Assembly: GCA_031256175.1 (NCBI GenBank)
Contig: JAIRRC010000032.1
Coordinates: 347-64,346, forward strand
Origin: Rickettsiales bacterium
GTDB taxonomy: Bacteria > Pseudomonadota > Alphaproteobacteria > Rs-D84
Length of the DNA stretch: 64,000 bases
Direction of reading: 5' to 3'
A model generated the notes under the pieces. That model made no database searches. It was not told the DNA's origin and was given only the letters and a program-made list of their open reading frames with translations. Within the stretch, counting starts at the first letter, position 1. The number at the start of each line of letters is the position of its first letter. Positions 47,596 through 56,786 of the stretch are shown here, piece by piece. The translations under genes were made by a program, and so were the position numbers.

Positions 47596-49302
47596 ATGTT
47601 CTGGAAATCCAGGCGCACCGCCACTCTTATAAAAAACGAAATCTACAATTCGGTCAAGAAGTTCATGTGGCTGAAGTGCGAGCATTGCGGCAAGCTGGTT
47701 TTTTACAAGGACTATAAAAAGCTCCGCACCTGTCCTGAATGCAACCATCTTTTCGGCATGACGCCGTCGCACCGCTTCAAGATGCTGTTCGACGATTTGG
47801 ACTTCAAAAAGCTGGACATGCCTTCGTTCAACGACGACCCAATCGAATTCATCGACATCAAGCCCTATAAGGAAAAGCTTCTGGACGCGCGCAGCGAAAC
47901 CGGCATGAAGGAAGGCCTGGCCGCCGCCACGGGCGAGATTCAGGGCGTCCCTTCGACCATCGCGGTCATGAATATGGAATTCATCGGCGGGTCCATGGGC
48001 CGCGCGGTCGGCAGCGGAATCGTCGCCGCGGCGGAACACGCGCTGGCCAACAAGCAGCCGTTCATCATGGTAACCAGCAGCGGCGGCGCGCGCATGCAGG
48101 AGAATTTATTGTCCCTTATGCAGATGGCGCGCACGACCATCGCGATAAACAAGCTGAGGGACGCCGGCCTGCCCTATATCGTCATTCTGACCGACCCGAC
48201 TTACGGCGGCGTCACGGCTTCATTCGCGATGATTGGCGACATACACATCGCGGAATCCGGCGCGCGAATCGGATTCGCGGGGCGCAGGGTCATCGAACAG
48301 AACCTTCGCGAAAAGCTTCCGGCGAATTTCCAGACCGCCGAATATCTTCTGGAACACGGAATGGTCGACATAGTGTCCAAACGCAGCGACCTTAAAAACA
48401 CCCTGGGCACGATACTCAAAATCCTGACCAAGGCGCCGGGCCACGAATTCTTCAAGGAAAAACCGGTGAAGACGCCCGCCCTTGCCGCCGCGCAGGCCGC
48501 GGCCGCCGAAACCACCGAAGCTTATAAGAAAGTCCTGCTCGCGCGCAATGAAAACCGGCCGCATTTCCTCGACTATGTGAACGGGATGGTCGACGGCTTC
48601 GTGCCGCTGGCCGGGGATAGGCTTTATGGCGAAGACCCCGCCCTTATCGGCGGACTTGGATATTTCCAGGGGCGCCCGGTCGTAATCATGGGCCAGGAAA
48701 AAGGCCGCGACGCCGCGACGCGCACAAAGCATCGCTTCGGAATGCCGAATCCCGAAGGTTATCGCAAGGCCGCGCGCCTGATGAAACTGGCCGAGAAATT
48801 CAGGCTGCCCATCATAACGCTTGTCGACACCGCGGGCGCAAACGCGGGCAAGGAAGCCGAAGAACGCGGCCAATCGCAAGCCGTCGCGAATTCCATCCAG
48901 GCGGGCTTATCCGTCAAGACGCCTTTCGTATCGGCCATAGTCGGCGAAGGCGGGTCGGGCGGCGCTATCGCAATCGCGACCGGCGACCGCATAATCATGA
49001 TGGAAAACGCCGTCTATTCCGTCATCGCGCCGGAATCGTGCGCCAGCATCTGCTGGAAGGACAATAAATTCAAGGCGGACGCCGCGCAAGCCATGAAGCT
49101 TACCGCGCAGGACACGCTGACGCTGGGCATCATCGATGAAATCGTGGCCGAACCGGCCGGCGGCGCGCAAACCGACTGGCAGGCGTCAATCGACAATCTT
49201 TCAAAGGCCGTCGCGGCCGGGCTGGACGAACTTGCCAAGGAAAAGCCGGAAGACCTGCCCAAACTCCGCGGCGAGAAATTTATGAAAATGACCACTAAAT
49301 AA
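47596..49302 (+). CDS. accDA: acetyl-CoA carboxylase carboxyltransferase, fused beta-alpha subunits (AccD-AccA)
   Basis: N-terminal AccD Zn-finger CEHCGK..CPECNH and CT-beta domain (~280 aa) continuous in frame with AccA core (..IVGEGGSGGA..) without stop. Confidence 0.8.
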   Translation: MFWKSRRTATLIKNEIYNSVKKFMWLKCEHCGKLVFYKDYKKLRTCPECNHLFGMTPSHRFKMLFDDLDFKKLDMPSFNDDPIEFIDIKPYKEKLLDARSETGMKEGLAAATGEIQGVPSTIAVMNMEFIGGSMGRAVGSGIVAAAEHALANKQPFIMVTSSGGARMQENLLSLMQMARTTIAINKLRDAGLPYIVILTDPTYGGVTASFAMIGDIHIAESGARIGFAGRRVIEQNLREKLPANFQTAEYLLEHGMVDIVSKRSDLKNTLGTILKILTKAPGHEFFKEKPVKTPALAAAQAAAAETTEAYKKVLLARNENRPHFLDYVNGMVDGFVPLAGDRLYGEDPALIGGLGYFQGRPVVIMGQEKGRDAATRTKHRFGMPNPEGYRKAARLMKLAEKFRLPIITLVDTAGANAGKEAEERGQSQAVANSIQAGLSVKTPFVSAIVGEGGSGGAIAIATGDRIIMMENAVYSVIAPESCASICWKDNKFKADAAQAMKLTAQDTLTLGIIDEIVAEPAGGAQTDWQASIDNLSKAVAAGLDELAKEKPEDLPKLRGEKFMKMTTK

Positions 49303-49313
49303 AGGAGCCGAAA

Positions 49314-49670
49314 ATGGCAGTCTTGACCCAGCGCGCGCGGCGCTTCAACGAAATCAGCATATATCCGAAGATAACCAGCATGCTTATGAACGAATTCGGG
49401 GTAGAGTCCGAGCCCCTGCTTTACCGCAAGGACACGACCCTGCTGGACTGCGGAATCGTGCCGGGCAACATTCTGGCGCTTCAGAACGCGCTGATTAAGA
49501 AGTTCAATCTGCCGGCGAAATTCCTGATAAAGCATTCCGATTCATGGAACGAAATCATCGACAGGATTCTGGCCCAGCAGAACACCGGCGGCGACAACAG
49601 CCTCACTTCGAAGACGACCACCCTGTCCAAGCGCGCGATGGACACCTTTACGGGCCGCGCCCGCGCCTAG
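49314..49670 (+). CDS. hypothetical protein with ACP-like helix pattern
   Basis: LLDCGIVPGNILALQNALIKKF resembles carrier-protein DSL helix-II region but with Cys in place of Ser; weak. Confidence 0.35.
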   Translation: MAVLTQRARRFNEISIYPKITSMLMNEFGVESEPLLYRKDTTLLDCGIVPGNILALQNALIKKFNLPAKFLIKHSDSWNEIIDRILAQQNTGGDNSLTSKTTTLSKRAMDTFTGRARA

Positions 49671-49732
49671 TTGCAATTTCCCAAATTTGTGATATAATTC
49701 CTTCTGAGATAAAACAAAAAAAGAAGGAACAA

Positions 49733-49942
49733 ATGCAATTACACGAAATACACGCGACGCCGGCCGTCCAGCAAATGATTAAGGATAAAATCGACGAAAC
49801 CCACAAGCATTGCCAAGCCGGACTTGGCGAAAGGGACGCGCGGTGGGCGGAAATATACCTTGCTCTGACCAAGAAACAGGAATTCCTGTTCGACTGGCTG
49901 AAGCAAATGGCTCTCTCCAAACAGCGCCAAGTCGCCGCCTAA
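49733..49942 (+). CDS. hypothetical small protein (~69 aa)
   Basis: ATG preceded by AAGGAA RBS; no family. Confidence 0.3.
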   Translation: MQLHEIHATPAVQQMIKDKIDETHKHCQAGLGERDARWAEIYLALTKKQEFLFDWLKQMALSKQRQVAA

Positions 49943-49946
49943 CTTT

Positions 49947-51053
49947 CTATTTCACTATGCCGTGGAACTGGGCGAACAGCGCCGGGTTCATAATCGCGCC
50001 GCTTGCCGCGAAGGCCATATTCGCGCCTTCCTCGAACCGGCCGTCGAACTGGCGGCCGTGAACCACGCCGCCGCTGCTGCCGATTGAAAGCGTGTCGGCC
50101 TTCAAATGTTTCTTAATAAGCGCCATGTCGGAAAGCCATTTGGTCGCGAAGGACTCTATGCCCGCGCCGCAGACGCCCGAAACCGCGTTCGGGCTTCCGT
50201 CCGCTTTCGTGCGGCCCGGAAGCGCCGGCGCGCCGTCCGCGTCCACGACGTTCATGGAAATGGTATTGATTCCGACTATGCCGTCGACGCCGGCGCGCAG
50301 CGCTTCGTCCGCCACTATCATCATGCCGTGCATGTCGGATTCTTTCGGATTGTTCTTGCAGGCGTGCCAGCCGACTTTGATATGAACCGGAATGTTCCAT
50401 CCGATTTCGTTCCTGACAGCCGCGACTATGCCGGCGACGAAGTCCGCGTCGGCGTATATGATTCCAAGTTCCGGCTTCACGTTCGGGCATGAAAGGTTAA
50501 GCTCGATTTCCTTGGCGCCGGCTTCGACCGCAAGGCGCGCCGCGCGGGCGTAATCCTTGGCCAAGGCCAATTTCGCCTGGTCGGCGGAAAGGCCGCCCGC
50601 GTTCTTATCCGGGCTGCCGACGACCGAGACAATCATGCGGCGGTTGAATTTTTCGGCGTATTGCTGGGACGCGGCGACATCGGGCATCCAAACGTCGGGC
50701 GAATCGGACGGCATTCCGAATGAATTCGTCATGGTCCATGATTCGTTCGAAGACGACGCAAGCGCCGTTCCGCCCGGAATTATTTCGGCGTTCTTTTCGA
50801 CGAATATGCAGTTCGGATGCGGCAGGCACTGCCATCCTTGGGAACGGATGGTCTTATACACGACGATTCCGGCGCCCATGTCGACCGCGTATTTTATGAA
50901 GTTGTAATCCAGAAGCGGACCGGCGGCGACGCCGACCTGCGCCTTGGCCTGGGCCGGGGTCAGGATATAGGGCTTTTCGATTTTCGGGGGATTCTTGCGG
51001 TTGTCCGCATAGGATATTCCGGGATTGTATAGAGAGGACATGGCATGCTCCAT
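49947..51053 (-). CDS. dihydroorotate dehydrogenase-family (class 1-like) flavoprotein
   Basis: ELNLSCPN signature of DHOD/DHPD family, TIM-barrel length. Confidence 0.65.
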   Translation of the reverse strand: MEHAMSSLYNPGISYADNRKNPPKIEKPYILTPAQAKAQVGVAAGPLLDYNFIKYAVDMGAGIVVYKTIRSQGWQCLPHPNCIFVEKNAEIIPGGTALASSSNESWTMTNSFGMPSDSPDVWMPDVAASQQYAEKFNRRMIVSVVGSPDKNAGGLSADQAKLALAKDYARAARLAVEAGAKEIELNLSCPNVKPELGIIYADADFVAGIVAAVRNEIGWNIPVHIKVGWHACKNNPKESDMHGMMIVADEALRAGVDGIVGINTISMNVVDADGAPALPGRTKADGSPNAVSGVCGAGIESFATKWLSDMALIKKHLKADTLSIGSSGGVVHGRQFDGRFEEGANMAFAASGAIMNPALFAQFHGIVK

Positions 51054-51095
51054 TTTTTAGGTTTCGTTTCTGTATTCCCTCTCCGGCGCATAAAG

Positions 51096-51300
51096 TGGTG
51101 GGTTAGCACGGACTCGCTCGCCCTTGCGGGCTGCGCGGCATTCGTATTCGCCGCTTGCGCGGCTTCGTTCGAACTTCGCCTTACGGCTCGTTCTCACTAA
51201 CTCATTGTCGAACCGCCCGCCGCTTCGCGGCTCTTTGCGGATTCTCGTCCGCGCATAATTATCCAAAAATTTGCGACAGCCTTCGGCCGTCTTAAATTTT
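51096..51300 (-). repeat. tRNA-3'-associated element downstream of tRNA-Met ending in a 21-bp direct repeat of the tRNA 3' end
   Basis: 184-bp ORF-less segment; DR TGGTGGGTTAGCACGGACTCG at 51301-51321 and 51096-51116. Confidence 0.65.
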
Positions 51301-51377
51301 TGGTGGGTTAGCACGGACTCGAACCGCGGACCAAAGCGTTATGAGCGCTCCGCTCTAACCAACTGAGCTACTAACCC
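51301..51377 (-). tRNA. tRNA-Met (anticodon CAU; elongator or tRNA-Ile2)
   Basis: 77-nt cloverleaf, G1:C72 (not initiator), anticodon loop CTCATAA, encoded CCA. Confidence 0.85.
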
Positions 51378-51495
51378 GTTCCATATGCGTCGTCCAATTA
51401 TAGCGGCGGAATCGAAAAATGCAACGCCTTTTTTGCCTTTCTCAGGAATTCATACCGATAGCTATAATTTCCTCGGCCGCGCTATCCTTCCAGAC

Positions 51496-51966
51496 ATGAA
51501 GAAAGCTATATTTTTTATTTTGGCGGCGATAATGCACGCGAACCCCGTTCTGGCGGCGACAGCGACAGGAAACGCTTCGGTTGTAATACAGCCGACGATT
51601 ACGGCGACCCAGACCCAGGCGATGAATTTCGGGACCATAACGCCGACCGCAAGCGCCGGGACCGCCGTGCTTTCGACCGCGGGGGCCGTCACCAGCGGAA
51701 CGCTCGGGACATACGACACAACGACGCAGGGCATATTCACGATTACGGCCGCGGACAGCACCGCGCTTAACATAACGTTTTCCACCGGAACGCTGACGTC
51801 GGGCGGCAACAGCATGACCATCAACGCCTTCACCACAAGCCCGGCGACTTATACCACCAGCGCTTCGGGCACGCTGACGCTGGATGTCGGCGCGACGCTG
51901 AACGTCGCGGCGAACCAGGCCACGGGCTCTTACAGCGGGACCTATACGATGACGGTCAGTTATTGA
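51496..51966 (+). CDS. spore-coat-U (SCPU) domain pilin, Csu-type major subunit
   Basis: Signal peptide, Thr/Ser/Gly-rich, C-terminal TGSYSGTYTMTVSY motif. Confidence 0.6.
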   Translation: MKKAIFFILAAIMHANPVLAATATGNASVVIQPTITATQTQAMNFGTITPTASAGTAVLSTAGAVTSGTLGTYDTTTQGIFTITAADSTALNITFSTGTLTSGGNSMTINAFTTSPATYTTSASGTLTLDVGATLNVAANQATGSYSGTYTMTVSY

Positions 51967-52877
51967 AAAACGCCCTATCGGTTTTCGCCGCATTCGTATT
52001 ATTATTACGAAGCGCCGCAGCGTCGACCTTCGTAGTATCGCAGGACCTGTCGTTCGGGACGCTTGTTCCGATTTCAAGCTCGGGCAGCGTGGTCGTCGGA
52101 ATCAACAGCGCCATCACGACCAACGGCTCGGTAAGCGTCGCGCCAAGCGGCACCGCTTATTACGCGGGGCTGGGCGTCTTCACAGGAAGCGGTTTAAGCG
52201 TGGTCGCGGACGTCCTTACGATAACCATCCTGTCCAGCAGCGTCAATCTGTCGAACGGAAGCGGCGGGGTCGTGGTCGTGAACAATTTCACCGCGACGCC
52301 GAATTCGTCCATATCGCTTCTGTCGCCCAGCACGAACGTCTATGTCGGCGGAACGATGAACTTCACGTCGGCGTCGACGCCCGGGAACTATACCGGTTCC
52401 GTCCAGGTTCAGGGAAGCGGTTTGCTTAGCGGAACGGTTGTCATGACTTTGCCAATCATACTGACATTGTGGAATCCGCTGGGCATATCGCAGACGGCGG
52501 CGCTGTCGTTCGGCGGGCTTGAAATACTTGGCGGGAATTCGGTCGTGCAAATCGCGCCGCAGACCGGCGCGCGGACAATCGTTTCGGGAACGGGCGGCGT
52601 GAACCTTATATCCGGCAATCCGGGGAACGCGGGCGTTTTCCAGATAACCGGGAATCCGAACACAAGCGTCACGATAACCCTGCCAAGCACCGCAAGCCTG
52701 ACCGGGCCCGGAACCGCGATGAGCGTAAGCAATTTCACGGGGTATCCAAGCTCGACCGCGGCGACGCTTGGCGCAAGCGGAACGCTGACGCTGGACGTCG
52801 GCGCGCAGCTGAACGTGAACGCGGCCCAGGCGGCCGGGACATACAGCGGAACATATACGCTGACCGCAAGCTACTAA
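51963..52877 (+). CDS. SCPU-domain fimbrial subunit (larger, possibly tip or second subunit)
   Basis: Same composition and C-terminal AGTYSGTYTLTASY; overlaps previous stop. Confidence 0.55.
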   Translation: MKNALSVFAAFVLLLRSAAASTFVVSQDLSFGTLVPISSSGSVVVGINSAITTNGSVSVAPSGTAYYAGLGVFTGSGLSVVADVLTITILSSSVNLSNGSGGVVVVNNFTATPNSSISLLSPSTNVYVGGTMNFTSASTPGNYTGSVQVQGSGLLSGTVVMTLPIILTLWNPLGISQTAALSFGGLEILGGNSVVQIAPQTGARTIVSGTGGVNLISGNPGNAGVFQITGNPNTSVTITLPSTASLTGPGTAMSVSNFTGYPSSTAATLGASGTLTLDVGAQLNVNAAQAAGTYSGTYTLTASY

Positions 52878-52888
52878 AAGGACAAGAA

Positions 52889-53647
52889 ATGAAAAAAATC
52901 GCGCTGTTCGCCATGCTTCTTTCAATCATTCCCCTTCCGGTTTTTCCGAACATATCGCTATCGCCGTTCTTTCTGGAATTCGACGCCGATTCGAAAAACA
53001 AATCCGGCCAGGTGCGGTTCACCAACTCCACGAGCGAGACGCGCACATACAATATAAAGCTGGTGAATTTCAAACAGAACAAGGACGGGTCCTACACGAC
53101 CATAACGGCGCCCGTCGACGGGAATCCATCCGCCGATTATTATCTGGAATATTCGCCGCGGCAGGTTTCGCTTCCATCGATGAAATCCCAGGTCGTGCGC
53201 GTCCAGCGCCGCGGGATGGCGGGCGCCGCGCCGGGCGAATACGTTTCGCACCTGCTGGTCCAGGAAGTCCCGAAAGAGAAAAAATCCGAAAATAAAAAAC
53301 CCGAAGGCATAAGCATCGACCTGAAAGTCGTCTATGGAATTTCGATTCCCGTCATCATAACGAAGGGAAGCCTTTCGGCAAGCGCGCGAATCAAAAGCGC
53401 GAAGATTTCCAAAAAAGACCATGTCGCCGAAGTCGAAATCGAAAGGTCCGGGGACAGGTCGTTCTTCGGCTCGATAATAATAAAGGACAACGGAAGCGAA
53501 ATCGGAAAGATTTCGGACTTCCGGATTTTCACGACGACCAAATCGCGCGTCCTTAAAGTTCCGCTAAGCAAGAACCCGTCGGGCGAGGCTTCCGCCACGC
53601 TCATCGACGGGCGCACGGGCGAAATCGCCGGGATAAAAGGCATATAG
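52889..53647 (+). CDS. periplasmic pilus chaperone (PapD/CsuC-like)
   Basis: Signal peptide, Ig-like chaperone N-domain pattern, position between pilins and usher. Confidence 0.6.
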   Translation: MKKIALFAMLLSIIPLPVFPNISLSPFFLEFDADSKNKSGQVRFTNSTSETRTYNIKLVNFKQNKDGSYTTITAPVDGNPSADYYLEYSPRQVSLPSMKSQVVRVQRRGMAGAAPGEYVSHLLVQEVPKEKKSENKKPEGISIDLKVVYGISIPVIITKGSLSASARIKSAKISKKDHVAEVEIERSGDRSFFGSIIIKDNGSEIGKISDFRIFTTTKSRVLKVPLSKNPSGEASATLIDGRTGEIAGIKGI

Positions 53648-53649
53648 AT

Positions 53650-56139
53650 GTGTCCAGAAAACTCTGCGCCGCTTTATTCATATTCGCGACCGGCGGCGCC
53701 GCGGCGGAAACGACGCTTCTGGCGCCCAACATACAGGGATACAATTCCGAAGCGATAATCCATGCGTTCGATTCCGGCGGCAAATATTATCTGGACGCGC
53801 ATGACCTGTCGGAATCGCTTCGATTCCAATTCGACCCGGACACCGGAAAAGGCAGCTTTCTGGGCAAAGATTTTTACGCGGGCGCGAAATCCGGGCGCGT
53901 GAAAAAAAACGGGCGCGACTATTATCCATTGGATTTCTACGAAAGGATTCTTCCGGTGAAGCTGAAAGTGAACGCGCTTGAATCGCAACTGGAAGTCCGG
54001 TCGGAACAAACCCTTCCGACCACGCAGAACCATCGCAATGAAGCGCGCCGCCAGAACATGGCGCCCGCGCCCAAGGACGACCCCTTCGGCAACTATGAAT
54101 TCGACGAAAGGTTCTTCTCGGCCCCAGTATCCGACCTGATTTACAGGCGAAGCGAAACAAAAGCGCGCGGCGGCAGCTGGTCCGGCGGCGACTATTATCA
54201 GGCCAACCTGGGGATGCTGTTCGCCGGGCTTGACTCCACATCGACGATATTCGGCGACAACAGGGCGGACGCGCCGCGCGCGCGGATAATCGTCGGGCGC
54301 ACTTTTTTAGAGGAACCGCGCAACGCCGCGAACCTGGTCAAGTTCCAGGCCGGCGATATTTTCGGAAACCCGAACAGCATGTTCAACCGCAACGCTTCGG
54401 GGCGCGGCGTCTATGCGAATTCGTTCAAGGACCTGGTCATATCCGCCGACAAGACAATCGACATAAACGGCCTTATGCCCAGCGGATGGGAGGCCGAGCT
54501 TTACCTGAACGACCAGCTGATAGGATTCCGCCAGGGAAGCACCGACGGAAGATACGATTTCAGGAACATTCCCGTGAACTACGGCCTGAACAATTTCAAG
54601 GTCGTGCTATACGGGCCTTTCGGCGAAGTCCGCGAGGAAGAACGCAGGTATTATTCCGGAACCGCGCCCGTCAAATCAGGCGAATTCGGATACAGCGCCA
54701 GCGCGTATCAGGCGCGAAGATTTCTGATAGAAGCCAACGAGCCCAACGCCGACCGGCGCGAAAACATAACCGCCGACTCGCTTTTCTATTACGGCGCAAG
54801 CGACCACCTGGTTCTTATCGCGGGCGCCTCGAACGCGCCCAGCGCCACTGAAAAAGGCAAGGACCTGCAATTCGGGACCGCGGGCGCGCAGGTCGCGCTG
54901 AACGGGGTGTCGCTTCAATACAACCTCAACGGCGATTTCCAGAATGAAAAAATCGGGCACCATGCGGACGCGCAAGGCAACATCCATATCGGCGACGTTT
55001 TCGCGCGATACGAATACTACGGCGAAACCCGCGCGCCGATTTCGCACTACCAGGGAAAATATCTGAACGATTTGTTCGAAGGCCGCCTTACCGGATGGAT
55101 TCCATTCGCGAACATCCCGTATTACGCGTCGTATTTGCAGAACGATTTTCCGGTCCGCGAAGTCCGCGCGCGAATGTCGCCGAACTTTCTGCGCCATTAC
55201 AACCAGACGTTCGAGAATGTCTGGCGGGACAACGCCGGAAGCGTCGAGAACCACGTCGAATCCCTGACGCAGGCGACGTTCGGAAGGTTCAGAATCTTCG
55301 CGCGCGCAAGATACCAGACCCAGCCCGACAACTATTGGCGAAGCTACGGCGGCTTTTCGGAATACCGGTGGAACCGCAACACTTTCATAAACGCAAGCTG
55401 GAACCACGACTGCCGCTCGAACTATATGGACGCGCGCGATTTGGATTCCGGCACAATCGGAATCGGCCGCATATTTCCCTTCGGCGGGCTGCAAGCGTCG
55501 GCGACTATGGACACCGACCGGAACATTTCGTTCGGCCTGACTTACAACGCAAGCTTCGGCAAAGTTCCGGACAGATACGCGCCATTCATGAATTCGGAAA
55601 CGCAGATGGCGAACTATGGCGCCATATACGCGCGCGCGGTCGACGAAAGCGGCGCGCCCGTCAAAAACGCGAAGATAATCGTCGGCGGCGTCCAGCAGCC
55701 CGCGTCCACCGACGAGGACGGCGGCGCACTTATCGTGAATTTGGAGCCGTATCAAAAAACCATCATGACCATAGACGAGCAAGACGTGGACGACATCGCG
55801 CTTACGCCGGAATGGACGCAAAAGAAACTTGTCCTGCGGCCGGGCACCGCGCGCCTTGTCGAAATCCCGTTCCACCGCCTGGGCGGAATCGAAGGCATCC
55901 TGACCGGCACCGCGCCCGGCGTCAGATACAAGATTTACGTGAAGGACGAACTGGGCGCAAGCGCGGCCGTCAAAATCGCCGACGAAGACGGCGCGTTCCT
56001 GTTCGACGGACTGAAATACGGCGATTACAGATTGGAAATTTTCGTCGGGCAAGACAGGCTTGTCGCGACTCAGAACATAAAAATCGACAGAAGTTTCCGC
56101 TCCATCGAAACGCCAATCGATGTCCGGTTGAAAAACTAG
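53650..56139 (+). CDS. fimbrial usher outer-membrane protein (CsuD-like)
   Basis: 829 aa, signal peptide, beta-barrel-rich, operon context. Confidence 0.65.
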   Translation: MSRKLCAALFIFATGGAAAETTLLAPNIQGYNSEAIIHAFDSGGKYYLDAHDLSESLRFQFDPDTGKGSFLGKDFYAGAKSGRVKKNGRDYYPLDFYERILPVKLKVNALESQLEVRSEQTLPTTQNHRNEARRQNMAPAPKDDPFGNYEFDERFFSAPVSDLIYRRSETKARGGSWSGGDYYQANLGMLFAGLDSTSTIFGDNRADAPRARIIVGRTFLEEPRNAANLVKFQAGDIFGNPNSMFNRNASGRGVYANSFKDLVISADKTIDINGLMPSGWEAELYLNDQLIGFRQGSTDGRYDFRNIPVNYGLNNFKVVLYGPFGEVREEERRYYSGTAPVKSGEFGYSASAYQARRFLIEANEPNADRRENITADSLFYYGASDHLVLIAGASNAPSATEKGKDLQFGTAGAQVALNGVSLQYNLNGDFQNEKIGHHADAQGNIHIGDVFARYEYYGETRAPISHYQGKYLNDLFEGRLTGWIPFANIPYYASYLQNDFPVREVRARMSPNFLRHYNQTFENVWRDNAGSVENHVESLTQATFGRFRIFARARYQTQPDNYWRSYGGFSEYRWNRNTFINASWNHDCRSNYMDARDLDSGTIGIGRIFPFGGLQASATMDTDRNISFGLTYNASFGKVPDRYAPFMNSETQMANYGAIYARAVDESGAPVKNAKIIVGGVQQPASTDEDGGALIVNLEPYQKTIMTIDEQDVDDIALTPEWTQKKLVLRPGTARLVEIPFHRLGGIEGILTGTAPGVRYKIYVKDELGASAAVKIADEDGAFLFDGLKYGDYRLEIFVGQDRLVATQNIKIDRSFRSIETPIDVRLKN

Positions 56140-56209
56140 GGATAGCCTCCTAACGAAAAATCGCAAAAAGTGCGATACAATGACCGCATCAAACAAAAAG
56201 GAGAATGTC

Positions 56210-56785
56210 ATGAAAAACCATATCAAAAAACTTTCCATGCTGGCGCTTGTCGCGGCCTTTGCGGCGACGGCGGGCGGATGCGGCAAGTCGGGCAGCCTGG
56301 GCGACGACTACGGGTCCATCAATATGGAAGAGGAAAACACCTCGAAAATCCGGGCGCGCATGTTCATGAAGAGCGCGGAAAAACGGACCGAAATCGGAAC
56401 CATCGCTTTTTCCGAACGGGACACGGGGCTCCGCATGCACGTCAATCTGCGCGATTTGCGTCCCGGCAGCGACTTTGCGGTCGTGGTCTACGACCTGACC
56501 AACTGCGACGAAAAGAAAACCTGCGACGCGGCGGGCAAGGACGGAAAGACGAAAAAGGAACGGATGGCGAAACGCGCGGAATGGATTGCAAGCTGCGAGA
56601 AGGTGAACCAGAACGTGAACACCCCGACGCTTCAAACCGACAAGAAAGGCCAAGTCAGGATGAGCTTTCTTATAACAGGAATCACCGCGGACGAGATGAA
56701 CAATTCCAAAGTCGTCCTAACGCGCGAGAATCGCAACGGCGAGGAAGTGGCCGTCGGATGGGGCAAGCTTAGGGAAAAGAAATAA
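56210..56785 (+). CDS. SodC-like (Cu/Zn superoxide dismutase fold) lipoprotein lacking canonical His ligands
   Basis: Lipobox ATAGGC; region EIGTIAFSERDTGLRMHVNLRDLRPGSDFAVVVYD parallels the SodC beta-sandwich but lacks HxH. Confidence 0.45.
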   Translation: MKNHIKKLSMLALVAAFAATAGGCGKSGSLGDDYGSINMEEENTSKIRARMFMKSAEKRTEIGTIAFSERDTGLRMHVNLRDLRPGSDFAVVVYDLTNCDEKKTCDAAGKDGKTKKERMAKRAEWIASCEKVNQNVNTPTLQTDKKGQVRMSFLITGITADEMNNSKVVLTRENRNGEEVAVGWGKLREKK

Positions 56786-56786
56786 T

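Noticed and set aside
51442-52077. 211-aa minus-strand ORF over the pilin genes
   Set aside because: It is antisense to SCPU pilin genes that have signal peptides and conserved C-terminal motifs. It is an Arg-rich artefact.
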